In this document: one piece after another, positions 48,693 through 57,475 of the stretch
Layout of the letters: each line of letters starts with the position of its first letter
How positions within the stretch are numbered: position 1 is the first letter of the stretch
From: a virus
DNA: 64,000 bases
Strand: one strand, 5' to 3'
Virus record (IMG/VR): IMGVR_UViG_3300035670_010555
Span: 64,001-128,000 of that record
Notes under the pieces: model-generated
The model's database searches: none
Seen by the model: only the letters and a program-made list of their open reading frames with translations
What the model was told of the DNA's origin: nothing
Made by a program: the position numbers and the translations under genes

Positions 48693-50453
48693 TTATTTAG
48701 CACCAAATAACCAACCATATTTTTGATAATCCGCTTTGCTGGCCCCATTATTATTTAGGTTTGGGTCTCTGCCCATTTGAGGCACCATTGGATTAAAAAA
48801 TTCTGAAGTATTTTTATTCTCATTTACAACTGATGCCCATGAATTCAACATTGCCTTAGTATGGTTAACAACTTTTGTTAATGATTGAAATGATTTTTCC
48901 GCAATATAAATTGCCATTGATAATCCCATAATACAGTCATCATGTTGGCCCTTTTGGTGGTCTGGTCTTCCATTTATGTAGACGAAAGTATTCATCTCGT
49001 TATATGTTCTATGAGAATATATTTTGAATCCATGTCTAACACCTTCTTCAAATGCCGCAATAATCTGAACTCGTTTTGTATTAAAGTTAATTCCAGGAAT
49101 TTTGTCATTAATTTTCGGATCCCATTTCCACTTATTAGATGTATCAACCCCGTCAACATAAAGTCCCGCTTGGTATTGTAATTCTTGCATTTTTCTTGCA
49201 GTTGAAACTCCCATACCACCAGTGATATCAATTACACAAAATGCGTTATACATCGTTCCCCACTTGTAAGCAATTTCCGCCAACACATCGGGTGGAACCT
49301 TTCCAACATATTCTAAAACTTGTTCTCTTTCATCAAAATCTATAATTTGTATTGATGAAAAATCTTCAGAGTCCCCACGAGAAACGTCAACACCCATTAC
49401 ATACTTGTGACCATTTACAGGTTCCTTGAAAATCCATAAAGCATTCCCCATAAGTTTTGCTTGTGGGTCTCTTAATTGATTTTTTGCAATATTTTGCATT
49501 AATTCAGAATCGAATACGTTATCACCCGATCCTAAGAAATTACATTCCAATTCTTGAGCAACTTTACGTCTATCGTATTTAAGTTTTTTTACCATTCCCT
49601 CAAACCATGATGAACAAGGTTTGTAACCCTTTTCAATATAATCCGTGACTATACCGTGGTCTCTTTCGTAGGGGCTATCTGTGCTTAAATCAATAATTGT
49701 ATCTATTGGATAATCTTCTCTGTTAAGTAAGTAATGAACCAAATCATTTGTTTTAACCATATACAAATCTCTTGTATATCTCGGGTCTCTATACCAAAAC
49801 ATTTCAGAGATTTTGAAATCATTCATCCCTCTCAATGATTGGTCATAAATTTCATAATAGATCGGGTCATATCCATTTGGGGTTGAAACCACAATAACTT
49901 TACCTCCTGTAGAGAGGGAAGCCATACAAGCTGACCAAAAATCTCCGTCGGCCTCGATGAAGGCAGCTTCGTCAAAAATAAGAATGGTAGGGGTATATCC
50001 TCTCAAGGCATCTTTTGAGGTTGCAACAGATTTTACTTCACATCCGTTGTTGAGCTTGAAATGTCTTTGAGAATTTTTTTCAGCAGAGAATGCTATTCCG
50101 ACCCAAGCGGGCCATTGTTCAATAAACCCTCTAATCTTGTTTGCCATTTCAACAGAGGTATCCAACTTGTTGGCAATGATTAGAATTTTCTCAGGTTTTT
50201 CTTTTCTCGCAAAGGCTAATTTTTTTGAAGACCAAGCGGCGGTTACGGTTGATACACCTGCCTGTCGGTACTTAAGCGCAATATTTTCGTTGTATTTTTC
50301 GTAATCTTCAAGTAGAGAAACTTGGTCAGGAAAAAGTTCTAATGGGACATATTTTGATACCGTATTATCGTATGTCTGTAAATAAGTACGAAGTGCATAA
50401 GGGGTATTTCTCATGCACTTCGTATATTCTATTATTAATTGTTCTTTGTTCAC
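48693..50453 (-). CDS. gp17: Terminase large subunit, T4 gp17-like
   Basis: RQAG, RG...LIFDEAAFI, STPNG, QELEC.FLGSG, GVDVSRG..EDFS, HDD. Confidence 0.93.
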   Translation of the reverse strand: MNKEQLIIEYTKCMRNTPYALRTYLQTYDNTVSKYVPLELFPDQVSLLEDYEKYNENIALKYRQAGVSTVTAAWSSKKLAFARKEKPEKILIIANKLDTSVEMANKIRGFIEQWPAWVGIAFSAEKNSQRHFKLNNGCEVKSVATSKDALRGYTPTILIFDEAAFIEADGDFWSACMASLSTGGKVIVVSTPNGYDPIYYEIYDQSLRGMNDFKISEMFWYRDPRYTRDLYMVKTNDLVHYLLNREDYPIDTIIDLSTDSPYERDHGIVTDYIEKGYKPCSSWFEGMVKKLKYDRRKVAQELECNFLGSGDNVFDSELMQNIAKNQLRDPQAKLMGNALWIFKEPVNGHKYVMGVDVSRGDSEDFSSIQIIDFDEREQVLEYVGKVPPDVLAEIAYKWGTMYNAFCVIDITGGMGVSTARKMQELQYQAGLYVDGVDTSNKWKWDPKINDKIPGINFNTKRVQIIAAFEEGVRHGFKIYSHRTYNEMNTFVYINGRPDHQKGQHDDCIMGLSMAIYIAEKSFQSLTKVVNHTKAMLNSWASVVNENKNTSEFFNPMVPQMGRDPNLNNNGASKADYQKYGWLFGAK

Positions 50454-50474
50454 ACAGTTAAATCATATTCTGAT

Positions 50475-51752
50475 TTATGGTCTTGGAATTCCCAAATCTC
50501 TATAAAGTTGGTCATAATCATCATCGTCATCACCTTCAGAACCTTCTTCTCCTTTGAAATCATCATACTCACTCTTTGACTGTTGAGCTTGTTTCATGAT
50601 TTCTTTGAATTTTGCAGTTGCCTTTCTTACTTTCGATTCATCTTCCGAAATTGCATTACCAATGATATCTAAAAATTCTTTAGCTTCTGTCTTGTAAAGA
50701 ATTGAATAAAACCAAGGTACCAATCCTTTGTTTTCATCATCGAACATCTCGTCAGGTAACGCAAACCTTATTTTTTCTACAATTTCAGGCCCAATTCTAA
50801 GTTGCATCGGTTCGTTTGATAAAACGTCCGTCACACCTCTAACTTGTTGAGACATTTCAGGGTCTTCAGGTAATCCGTGTCTTGCGATAGATTCCTCTAA
50901 CCCTTTGATTATTTCGTGACACAAAATTGGGAATATTAAACCTTCCGCAACAATTTTTGTATCAGGTTCATCTTCACCTTCTCCACCCTCTTCTTCGTCT
51001 TCATCTTTATTTTCTAACTTAACTTTTCCAGCAACACCTCTACCTGTTTGAGACATCATTTCAATCATTTGTTCCATAGAAAAATACATGAAATCATTGA
51101 TTGACATAATTTTCAAATAAGCAGGGTATAATTGTGGGTCAATTTCATCCAACCTTTCTTTAATTTCAGGTTTTTGAAAAATATAATGTCCCTTTTTTGC
51201 CGCCCCTTGAACAAGAGCGTTAATCATGTTTCTTTTATGAATTTCCAATTCCATTACTTCTTCATCGGTCAAATCTTCAACATCAAACGATGGGATTTCA
51301 GGGGATTCTTCATCTTCCTTTTTCTTTGGTTTAGTAGCCTGCATTCTGAAATCCGAAATATTAATAGGTGATCTATTCAATAATGCCTCAATCGTAAACC
51401 AATCAGCAGGAACTTGTGTTTCTTCTAAACATGCGTCGATTGCGAGTTGTTCTAATTCTTCTCTATGCCGGCCTTCGATTCTTGTTATTCCTGGAACTAT
51501 ACTCATCATTTCTTGAAAAAGCATTCCTTGAACCTGTTGAGAACTAATATCTTGCACACCAGTCACTTGCTTCAACTTATCTGCAACTTTTCCGAATCTC
51601 GAACTTACCAATCTTTGAACATCCGCTGCCCCCTTTTTCATTGCAGGATTAGTTGCATACAAACTTTCAGGACTTCCCAATTTTCTTTCTAATCTTGGGT
51701 CCATTCTTTCGGGTCTATCCCCGTAATTTATTTGTTCTTTAATCTTCGCCAT
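50475..51752 (-). CDS. Hypothetical protein (probable virion component)
   Basis: 425 aa acidic ORF in head cluster. Confidence 0.6.
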   Translation of the reverse strand: MAKIKEQINYGDRPERMDPRLERKLGSPESLYATNPAMKKGAADVQRLVSSRFGKVADKLKQVTGVQDISSQQVQGMLFQEMMSIVPGITRIEGRHREELEQLAIDACLEETQVPADWFTIEALLNRSPINISDFRMQATKPKKKEDEESPEIPSFDVEDLTDEEVMELEIHKRNMINALVQGAAKKGHYIFQKPEIKERLDEIDPQLYPAYLKIMSINDFMYFSMEQMIEMMSQTGRGVAGKVKLENKDEDEEEGGEGEDEPDTKIVAEGLIFPILCHEIIKGLEESIARHGLPEDPEMSQQVRGVTDVLSNEPMQLRIGPEIVEKIRFALPDEMFDDENKGLVPWFYSILYKTEAKEFLDIIGNAISEDESKVRKATAKFKEIMKQAQQSKSEYDDFKGEEGSEGDDDDDYDQLYRDLGIPRP

Positions 51753-51753
51753 T

Positions 51754-52641
51754 TTATTTATTCAATAAATTTAAGATAACATCAATCACTTCTTGTTTTG
51801 CGTCTTCGGGAGAAATTCTTCCCGCTTTTGGGTCAATTTGTTCTCCCGGTCTTGGATTTTTTCCTGGATGTGCAGGTCTTGTCCGAGGTTTGGTATCAGG
51901 TTTAGTAATTGGTTTAGTCGGTGCAGTTGTTGGTTCTGCGGCTTTAGGGTCTATTTGTTCTCCTGGTCTTGGATTTTTTCCTGGATGTGCAGGTCTTGTC
52001 CGAGGTTTGGTATCTGGTTTAGTTGTAGGTTTTACAGGCGCCGTCAGAGGCGAATTTGCTTCTGAAAGATATTTCAATAAGTCACCTTTGGTAATTCTCG
52101 GAGGTAAGTTTCTTTCCACGATTTTTGTAATTTCTGATTCTATAAACAAAGATACAGGATTTTTTCCTTCTTCCAACTGTTTTTTTACAGATTTTACACA
52201 TCTTTCAAACTTTCTTGTTTTCTTCGGTCCAAGTTGTGCGTGGCAAATTGCCCAAGGATTTTTTTCTTGTTCCTCACTCATTCCCATCATTTTTCTATTA
52301 TCGTCCGAATCATCGTCCATTCCATCAGGAGCCATATCGTTTGCGTCGTGTGGAGCGTCTTGTCCTGTCAAACTTTGTAAAGCATCAGCCCCCAAAGCGT
52401 TTTTATCATCCACGTCATCAGTCTCGGTTTCTTTCATTTCACCGTCCTTTTCATAAACCTCAAAAGGTTTTTTCTGACTTTTTAGAGTATTGATAGTCCC
52501 CGCATCATCTTTAGACACCATTGTGACTTCATTAACAAGTTTGGAGTGTAAGATACTGATTTGAGATTCTGTTAGTTTACCAACAGTTTTCGCAGATAAT
52601 CCTTTTTCAATTAATTCGAGGGCTTTTTTATTAATTTTCAT
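51754..52641 (-). CDS. Hypothetical protein with 39-aa Pro/Lys-rich duplication
   Basis: TKPDTKPRTRPAHPGKNPRPGEQIDPKA twice; NPWAIC...KFERCV motif. Confidence 0.65.
   Translation of the reverse strand: MKINKKALELIEKGLSAKTVGKLTESQISILHSKLVNEVTMVSKDDAGTINTLKSQKKPFEVYEKDGEMKETETDDVDDKNALGADALQSLTGQDAPHDANDMAPDGMDDDSDDNRKMMGMSEEQEKNPWAICHAQLGPKKTRKFERCVKSVKKQLEEGKNPVSLFIESEITKIVERNLPPRITKGDLLKYLSEANSPLTAPVKPTTKPDTKPRTRPAHPGKNPRPGEQIDPKAAEPTTAPTKPITKPDTKPRTRPAHPGKNPRPGEQIDPKAGRISPEDAKQEVIDVILNLLNK
51824..52042 (-). repeat. 117-bp tandem duplication
   Basis: Near-identical units starting at 51824 and 51941. Confidence 0.85.
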
Positions 52642-53026
52642 AAACTACTTTTTTTTCGAATTCTAATATCAAATCTCTTTCGTAGAGTTTGTCTTTTATT
52701 TGTTGTTCGGTCATTCCAAATCTGAAAACCATTCTTTTATGATTTTCATGTTCTTCGATTTCCCAGGCTAATGCAACCACATCGTCGATTGCATCTTCCA
52801 TACAAAAAAAATCGGAGTTCTGAATCAATTCCAATTTTACATCAGTATTTCTCAGAACTCCTACCTTTTTAATATGATGTAATTCTGGAGGCCCAGGATA
52901 ACCATTAGATGGTCTACTTTCCCAAGAATCTCCCCAAACATCAAGACTATCAGAGAAAATGAATTCGTAAAGATTGTCTCCCTTATAATTGGGACCTAAA
53001 CCATTTACGTATATCAAATAACTCAT
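52631..53026 (-). CDS. Hypothetical protein
   Basis: Coupled ORF. Confidence 0.6.
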   Translation of the reverse strand: MSYLIYVNGLGPNYKGDNLYEFIFSDSLDVWGDSWESRPSNGYPGPPELHHIKKVGVLRNTDVKLELIQNSDFFCMEDAIDDVVALAWEIEEHENHKRMVFRFGMTEQQIKDKLYERDLILEFEKKVVYEN

Positions 53027-54228
53027 ACTAATAATCCTTCAGGTGATATTTTTACTTGTTTTCCTTTATTTTCAAATACTAAGTTTTTCTTATTTGTTAC
53101 TCCAACAATTTTTGCTGAAGAATTTTCTTCTAAGAATTTTTTAGCAGATAATTCTTGTTCAATAGTTTCACTTAATTTTACAACTTCTTTCATTTGTTTT
53201 CTAACTTCAGAAGTTGATGTACTTTTTTCCTTACTTTCAAGAATTTCTTTTTTCGTAATTTCAAAATATTTAGAAATTACTTTTTCAATTTTGGATTCTC
53301 CAAAAATACTATCGATGATGGCACCATTTCCATATCCGCCTTCTTCCATTTCATATCCCTCAACAGGAACGTCCATATCAGCTTGAATGTCTTCAACTTC
53401 ACTATCATCAGTCATATCTAATCCATCCATGTCATCACCACCCAAATCTTCAGATTCTTCATCAAATTTAGACAGTATATCTTCTCTATCCTCTTCAGAT
53501 AATGACTTAAGGTCTAATGAAGATAATACCATGTTAATAACATACTTTATATCCTCAGAAGTCATTGGTTCACGACTATCTAAAGTTCTAATTTTTTGAG
53601 TCAGTTTTCCAGTTAACTTTTGAATTGTTTTGAAAGATACCTGTTCTTCTTCTCCAGGAGTTTCAACATCCATAGATATGTCAGTATCGACTTCTCCTTC
53701 AGGACCCATGTCTTCCATACCCATATCGATATTCAACTCATCTTCTCCCGCTGGCATTTCATCACTTGGAGATGCTGGCAAAGATGGTGCAGGAACTGCT
53801 GGTGGTGTTGCAGGTACATCAGATGCTGGCATTGGTTCTGCTGCTGGTTTAGGAGTTTTTAACGTGAATCTTTTTTGTTCTCCGTATAAAGAAACTTCCT
53901 CTTCGTTTTCATTGATTCTGTTCAACTCTCCAGCGACTAAATTTAATCTTTTGAATGCCTGAGAATATGAAGAATAGTATTTTCTATTTTTCATTGGCTC
54001 AATATAATCAGTCTCAGATTCTGAAATGGTTTTCTTGATGATATAACCCTGTCTTTCTTTAACTATCTCATATTGGTTACCATCCGCTAAAGAAATAGAG
54101 TATTCACTTCTCGCGGTCTCATTAATATTAGATGGAATTACTTCGTTAAAACGAGCAATTTCCATAATTCTTTTTATTTTATCTTGTCCAGTTAATTTTT
54201 CACTGCCAAGTGGTTTCAAATCTCCCAT
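53023..54228 (-). CDS. Hypothetical acidic protein (possible internal head protein)
   Basis: D/E/M-rich low-complexity segments resembling the scaffold. Confidence 0.6.
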   Translation of the reverse strand: MGDLKPLGSEKLTGQDKIKRIMEIARFNEVIPSNINETARSEYSISLADGNQYEIVKERQGYIIKKTISESETDYIEPMKNRKYYSSYSQAFKRLNLVAGELNRINENEEEVSLYGEQKRFTLKTPKPAAEPMPASDVPATPPAVPAPSLPASPSDEMPAGEDELNIDMGMEDMGPEGEVDTDISMDVETPGEEEQVSFKTIQKLTGKLTQKIRTLDSREPMTSEDIKYVINMVLSSLDLKSLSEEDREDILSKFDEESEDLGGDDMDGLDMTDDSEVEDIQADMDVPVEGYEMEEGGYGNGAIIDSIFGESKIEKVISKYFEITKKEILESKEKSTSTSEVRKQMKEVVKLSETIEQELSAKKFLEENSSAKIVGVTNKKNLVFENKGKQVKISPEGLLV

Positions 54229-54257
54229 ATTACGATTTATTTATATTTTTTGTTTTT

Positions 54258-55505
54258 TTAATTATTTAATCCTTGAAATCCTCCTAAAGATATTGCATTT
54301 AATTGAACTATTGTTACATTCCCATTTTCATCTGTCATTTCTTGGTATGGAACAGTTGAACCAGCTGGAGCGGTTCCTCCACTAAATGACCCTAACATAT
54401 CAATAGTATATTGGTATTGTTGATTAACCTCAATAGTATAATCAGGTGTCACACTCGGAGTAGGTGTTGCGGTTGGAGTTGATGCCGGAGTCCCCGTTGG
54501 TGTCGGAGTTGACCCTGCAGTGCCTGTTGGTGATGCGGTAATACTCGGTGTTGGTGAATTAGTTGCAGTATTTGTTGGAGTTGACGTTTGAGTTGTAGTC
54601 ACACTTGGTGTTGGAGTGGTGGTTGAAGTTGTTGTATTAGTAGGTGTTTGAGTTTGTGTCGCAGTATTAGTAGGTGTTTGAGTTGTGGTTGGTGTTGGTG
54701 TTACTTCCGCAGTTCCTGTTTGAGTTGGTGTCGGTGTTTGTGTAGATGTTGTAGTCGGAGTTGGAGTATTAGAGGCGGTAGGCGTTGGAGTAATGTCTCC
54801 AAGACACTCAACACAAGTATTCCATGGTCCGTTGAAAATAGTAACAGTTGCTGCTAATGGAGTTTCAATTCCGTTAACAACAGTATAACATTGATGACTA
54901 CCATCCGGTAATGATAAGTCATATATTTTATCATTTATTAAACTACCTATAAACTTGGCATAAAACGCATCTCCTCCTGAACATGGTGTTATAATATAAT
55001 ATGTAAACGGTAGTGGAGATTTCGTTGGTGTAACCGTATTAGTCGGTGTAACTGTAGGTGTGGATGTGTTTGTTGCCGTTACAGTCGCAGTTGGGGTATT
55101 AGTTGCGGTATTCGTCGGAGTTGCAGTATTTGTTGGTGTCACAGTTGGAGTTGCGGTATTCGTTGCGGTTTGAGTATTTGTTGGTGTATGAGTATTAGTC
55201 GGAGTCGCGGTATTTGTTGGAGTTATAGTATTTGTTGGAGTTTGTGTTGGTGTTGCGGTATTAGATGCGGTAGGAGTTGGAGTAACATCTCCAAGACACT
55301 CAATACAATTATCCCATGGCCCATTAAATATTGTTGCAGTCGCGGCTAAAGGAGTGTCAAAACCAGGTCCAATAGAATAACATCCGTTAGAACCTCCTCC
55401 GATGATAAGGTCGTAGATTTTACCTACAATGAGATTTTCTTCCGACTTTATGTATAAAGTATTAGAAGAATTACAAGAAGACGCAATATAATAATTAAAA
55501 GCCAT
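54258..55505 (-). CDS. Mucin-like protein: two copies of a Cys-rich domain, each followed by a Pro/Thr tract
   Basis: YYI..C...KIYDL...CY...PLAAT.TIFNGPW..C.ECLGD.TPTPT occurs twice. Confidence 0.8.
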   Translation of the reverse strand: MAFNYYIASSCNSSNTLYIKSEENLIVGKIYDLIIGGGSNGCYSIGPGFDTPLAATATIFNGPWDNCIECLGDVTPTPTASNTATPTQTPTNTITPTNTATPTNTHTPTNTQTATNTATPTVTPTNTATPTNTATNTPTATVTATNTSTPTVTPTNTVTPTKSPLPFTYYIITPCSGGDAFYAKFIGSLINDKIYDLSLPDGSHQCYTVVNGIETPLAATVTIFNGPWNTCVECLGDITPTPTASNTPTPTTTSTQTPTPTQTGTAEVTPTPTTTQTPTNTATQTQTPTNTTTSTTTPTPSVTTTQTSTPTNTATNSPTPSITASPTGTAGSTPTPTGTPASTPTATPTPSVTPDYTIEVNQQYQYTIDMLGSFSGGTAPAGSTVPYQEMTDENGNVTIVQLNAISLGGFQGLNN

Positions 55506-55558
55506 TTAATTTTTTCTTTATAAATATATGGTTATTCACATTTATTAAGGTGTAAGTA

Positions 55559-56302
55559 TCAGTCTTCCAATTTTCTCTCAATAGAAAGTTCTTTATCGAG
55601 AGCTTTATTTGACATATCAAACAATCTTTCAATGTGACCTGATCTTCTTAAAAACTTAAAAACCAAGTTTTCATATGAAAGTTCACCCTCTTTTTCCAAC
55701 CCTGATTTTCTATAATTTTTCAATTTTTCTTTAATCGAATCTATCAACTTAATATCATCTTCCGAACTTTCAGATTCAATTACTTTATCAATTTTTTCAG
55801 TCCAATTTTTGATTTTCTTTTCCAAAACTGATTTATCAATTTCATTTTCTAACTGTTTAGGTTTTGTTACCCACTCATCATTCATCACTGAATAAACACC
55901 TGTTGCGAAATGTGGCTCTTCATTATCTTGTGCATATAATTCAACATCATATCCAAATATTTTAATGTCGTGTTTGTCGTTGAATACTTGTTTCTTTAGA
56001 TTATATAATTCTTTATACAATGTTGCTTCGTCTTCGAATTGTTGTAAATCTACTAAAATGTGCAAATCAAAATCAGAATATTCTGACCAATTAAAATTTG
56101 CCAACGAACCAGTCAAAACGATATCTTCAACAAAAACCTCTTCACCAAGATAATCGATGAATTTTTCAGCAATCTTCAATAAAGCGTTTTTCACCTTAGG
56201 AACCATTGTTGCTTTCTGTGGGTTCTCAGGATTCTCCCAAATTTTTGGATTGAGAGTTTCTTGTACTGAAAAACTATTAAGGATTTTTTGAAAATTATTC
56301 AT
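55559..56302 (-). CDS. Pol-beta superfamily nucleotidyltransferase
   Basis: LTGSLANFNWSEYSDFDLHI (GS...DxD) plus VELY. Confidence 0.75.
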   Translation of the reverse strand: MNNFQKILNSFSVQETLNPKIWENPENPQKATMVPKVKNALLKIAEKFIDYLGEEVFVEDIVLTGSLANFNWSEYSDFDLHILVDLQQFEDEATLYKELYNLKKQVFNDKHDIKIFGYDVELYAQDNEEPHFATGVYSVMNDEWVTKPKQLENEIDKSVLEKKIKNWTEKIDKVIESESSEDDIKLIDSIKEKLKNYRKSGLEKEGELSYENLVFKFLRRSGHIERLFDMSNKALDKELSIERKLED

Positions 56303-56313
56303 CTAGATAAATA

Positions 56314-56556
56314 CTATAATTTCTTATACTTGAATGTCTTTGATATGTCCGTAGTAAAAAATTTTCCTTGCGACTCCGACATTCTGAATTTTGTATACAC
56401 TTGGTGAGGGACATCATCATACTCATATTTGAACCCGTTATTAAATTCTACTACAAGTTTTTTCGTTTCCGTGTCGTATTCTGTTTTTTTAATGTTGGAA
56501 GATTTTATTTCATTAATAATCTTCGTCCCCTGAATCTCTTCTTTCAGTATTGCCAT
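56314..56556 (-). CDS. KTSC domain protein
   Basis: SSNI....YD.....L.VEF.NG..Y.Y..VP..VY......S.GKFF. Confidence 0.9.
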   Translation of the reverse strand: MAILKEEIQGTKIINEIKSSNIKKTEYDTETKKLVVEFNNGFKYEYDDVPHQVYTKFRMSESQGKFFTTDISKTFKYKKL

Positions 56557-56845
56557 CTTTAAGTGGGGTTAATTCGTTTATTTTTAATAGTTGCGGCATA
56601 ATAAAATCCGCGATTTCGTCTCTAGTCGCATCAAAACCATAATTCTGAATAAATCTAACCACTTCGTTAAATTCATTATTAAACTTTTCTTGTAGACTCA
56701 TCATCTTAAAAGTGTATGTTGGGGGATTGTCTAGTTCTGATTCACTAAATCCCATCTCCTGTAAATGTTGTCTCAATCTTAAATAAATGTCCAAGAGATC
56801 TCTTAAATGAGAAGAATGAGTTAGATATTTTTCAAAAGGTTTCAT
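56513..56845 (-). CDS. Hypothetical protein
   Basis: Start at MKPFEK (56845) preferred because the upstream part of the track ORF overlaps a terminator. Confidence 0.55.
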   Translation of the reverse strand: MKPFEKYLTHSSHLRDLLDIYLRLRQHLQEMGFSESELDNPPTYTFKMMSLQEKFNNEFNEVVRFIQNYGFDATRDEIADFIMPQLLKINELTPLKDGNTERRDSGDEDY

Positions 56846-56893
56846 AAATATAAATATTATAAAAATTTTTTGTATATAAAGTACCGCAAAAAT

Positions 56894-56922
56894 AAAAAAC
56901 CCCCACATTTGTGTGAGGGTTT
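56894..56922 (-). terminator. Intrinsic terminator
   Basis: AAAAAACCCCCACA-ttt-GTGTGAGGGTTT hairpin with A-run. Confidence 0.65.
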
Positions 56923-56926
56923 ATGA

Positions 56927-57298
56927 TTACTTCAACTTCTTGAGTTGGTCTCGGATTTCAATCGATTTTTCAAAATTTTGTTCTTCGATTGATTTTTTAA
57001 GTTCCTCTTCAAGTTTGTCGATTTCCTTTTGGTTAGATTCCAATTTCTTGATTTGGTCTCTTAGTTCAACCGCCCTTTCAAAATCTTCATTTTCGATTGC
57101 AATTTCAAGTTGTTGTTTCAAATTTTTTGAAGTTGGGTTTGTTTTAGTGTTGTCGTAGTAATACGTAGTTATTTTCATTGTCCCATCTTCTGAAACTTTA
57201 GTTTGAGTTTTCCACTCACCGTTATTTGGGGTTAATTGTGTGAACATTTCATCGAATGCTCTAAAGATGTCATTATAAGATCTTCTGTTACCAAACAT
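56927..57298 (-). CDS. Small protein with two tandem UVR (UvrB/UvrC) motifs
   Basis: AIENEDFERAVELRDQI and SIEEQNFEKSIEIRDQL. Confidence 0.85.
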   Translation of the reverse strand: MFGNRRSYNDIFRAFDEMFTQLTPNNGEWKTQTKVSEDGTMKITTYYYDNTKTNPTSKNLKQQLEIAIENEDFERAVELRDQIKKLESNQKEIDKLEEELKKSIEEQNFEKSIEIRDQLKKLK

Positions 57299-57329
57299 AA
57301 TTTTAATTTTTTGTTTTAAGTTTATTTGT

Positions 57330-57421
57330 TATCTTTGTATTCAAGATTGGTGCCGACCATAATAATATGACAATCTGTCAGAAAAACAAAGTTTTTTTAC
57401 TTTTTTTATGACAACTTGTCT
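57330..57421. promoter_or_regulatory. Divergent control region: TAnnTTTG (+), sigma54-like GGCAC-N5-TTGA (-), two TGACA-N3-TGTC inverted repeats
   Basis: TATCTTTG 57330-57337; reverse complement of 57341-57356 is TCGGCACCAATCTTGA; TGACAatcTGTCA 57368-57380; TGACAactTGTCT 57409-57421. Confidence 0.5.
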
Positions 57422-57475
57422 TTTTATTTGGAAAAGAATAAATTTTGATATTACTTTGTAAAAACTAAAAAACGT

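Noticed and set aside
50250-50280. Terminase Walker A reads RQAGVS instead of RQxGK[ST]
   Set aside because: Deviant Walker A motifs with an upstream Lys are, to my knowledge, common in large-phage terminases; all other motifs are intact
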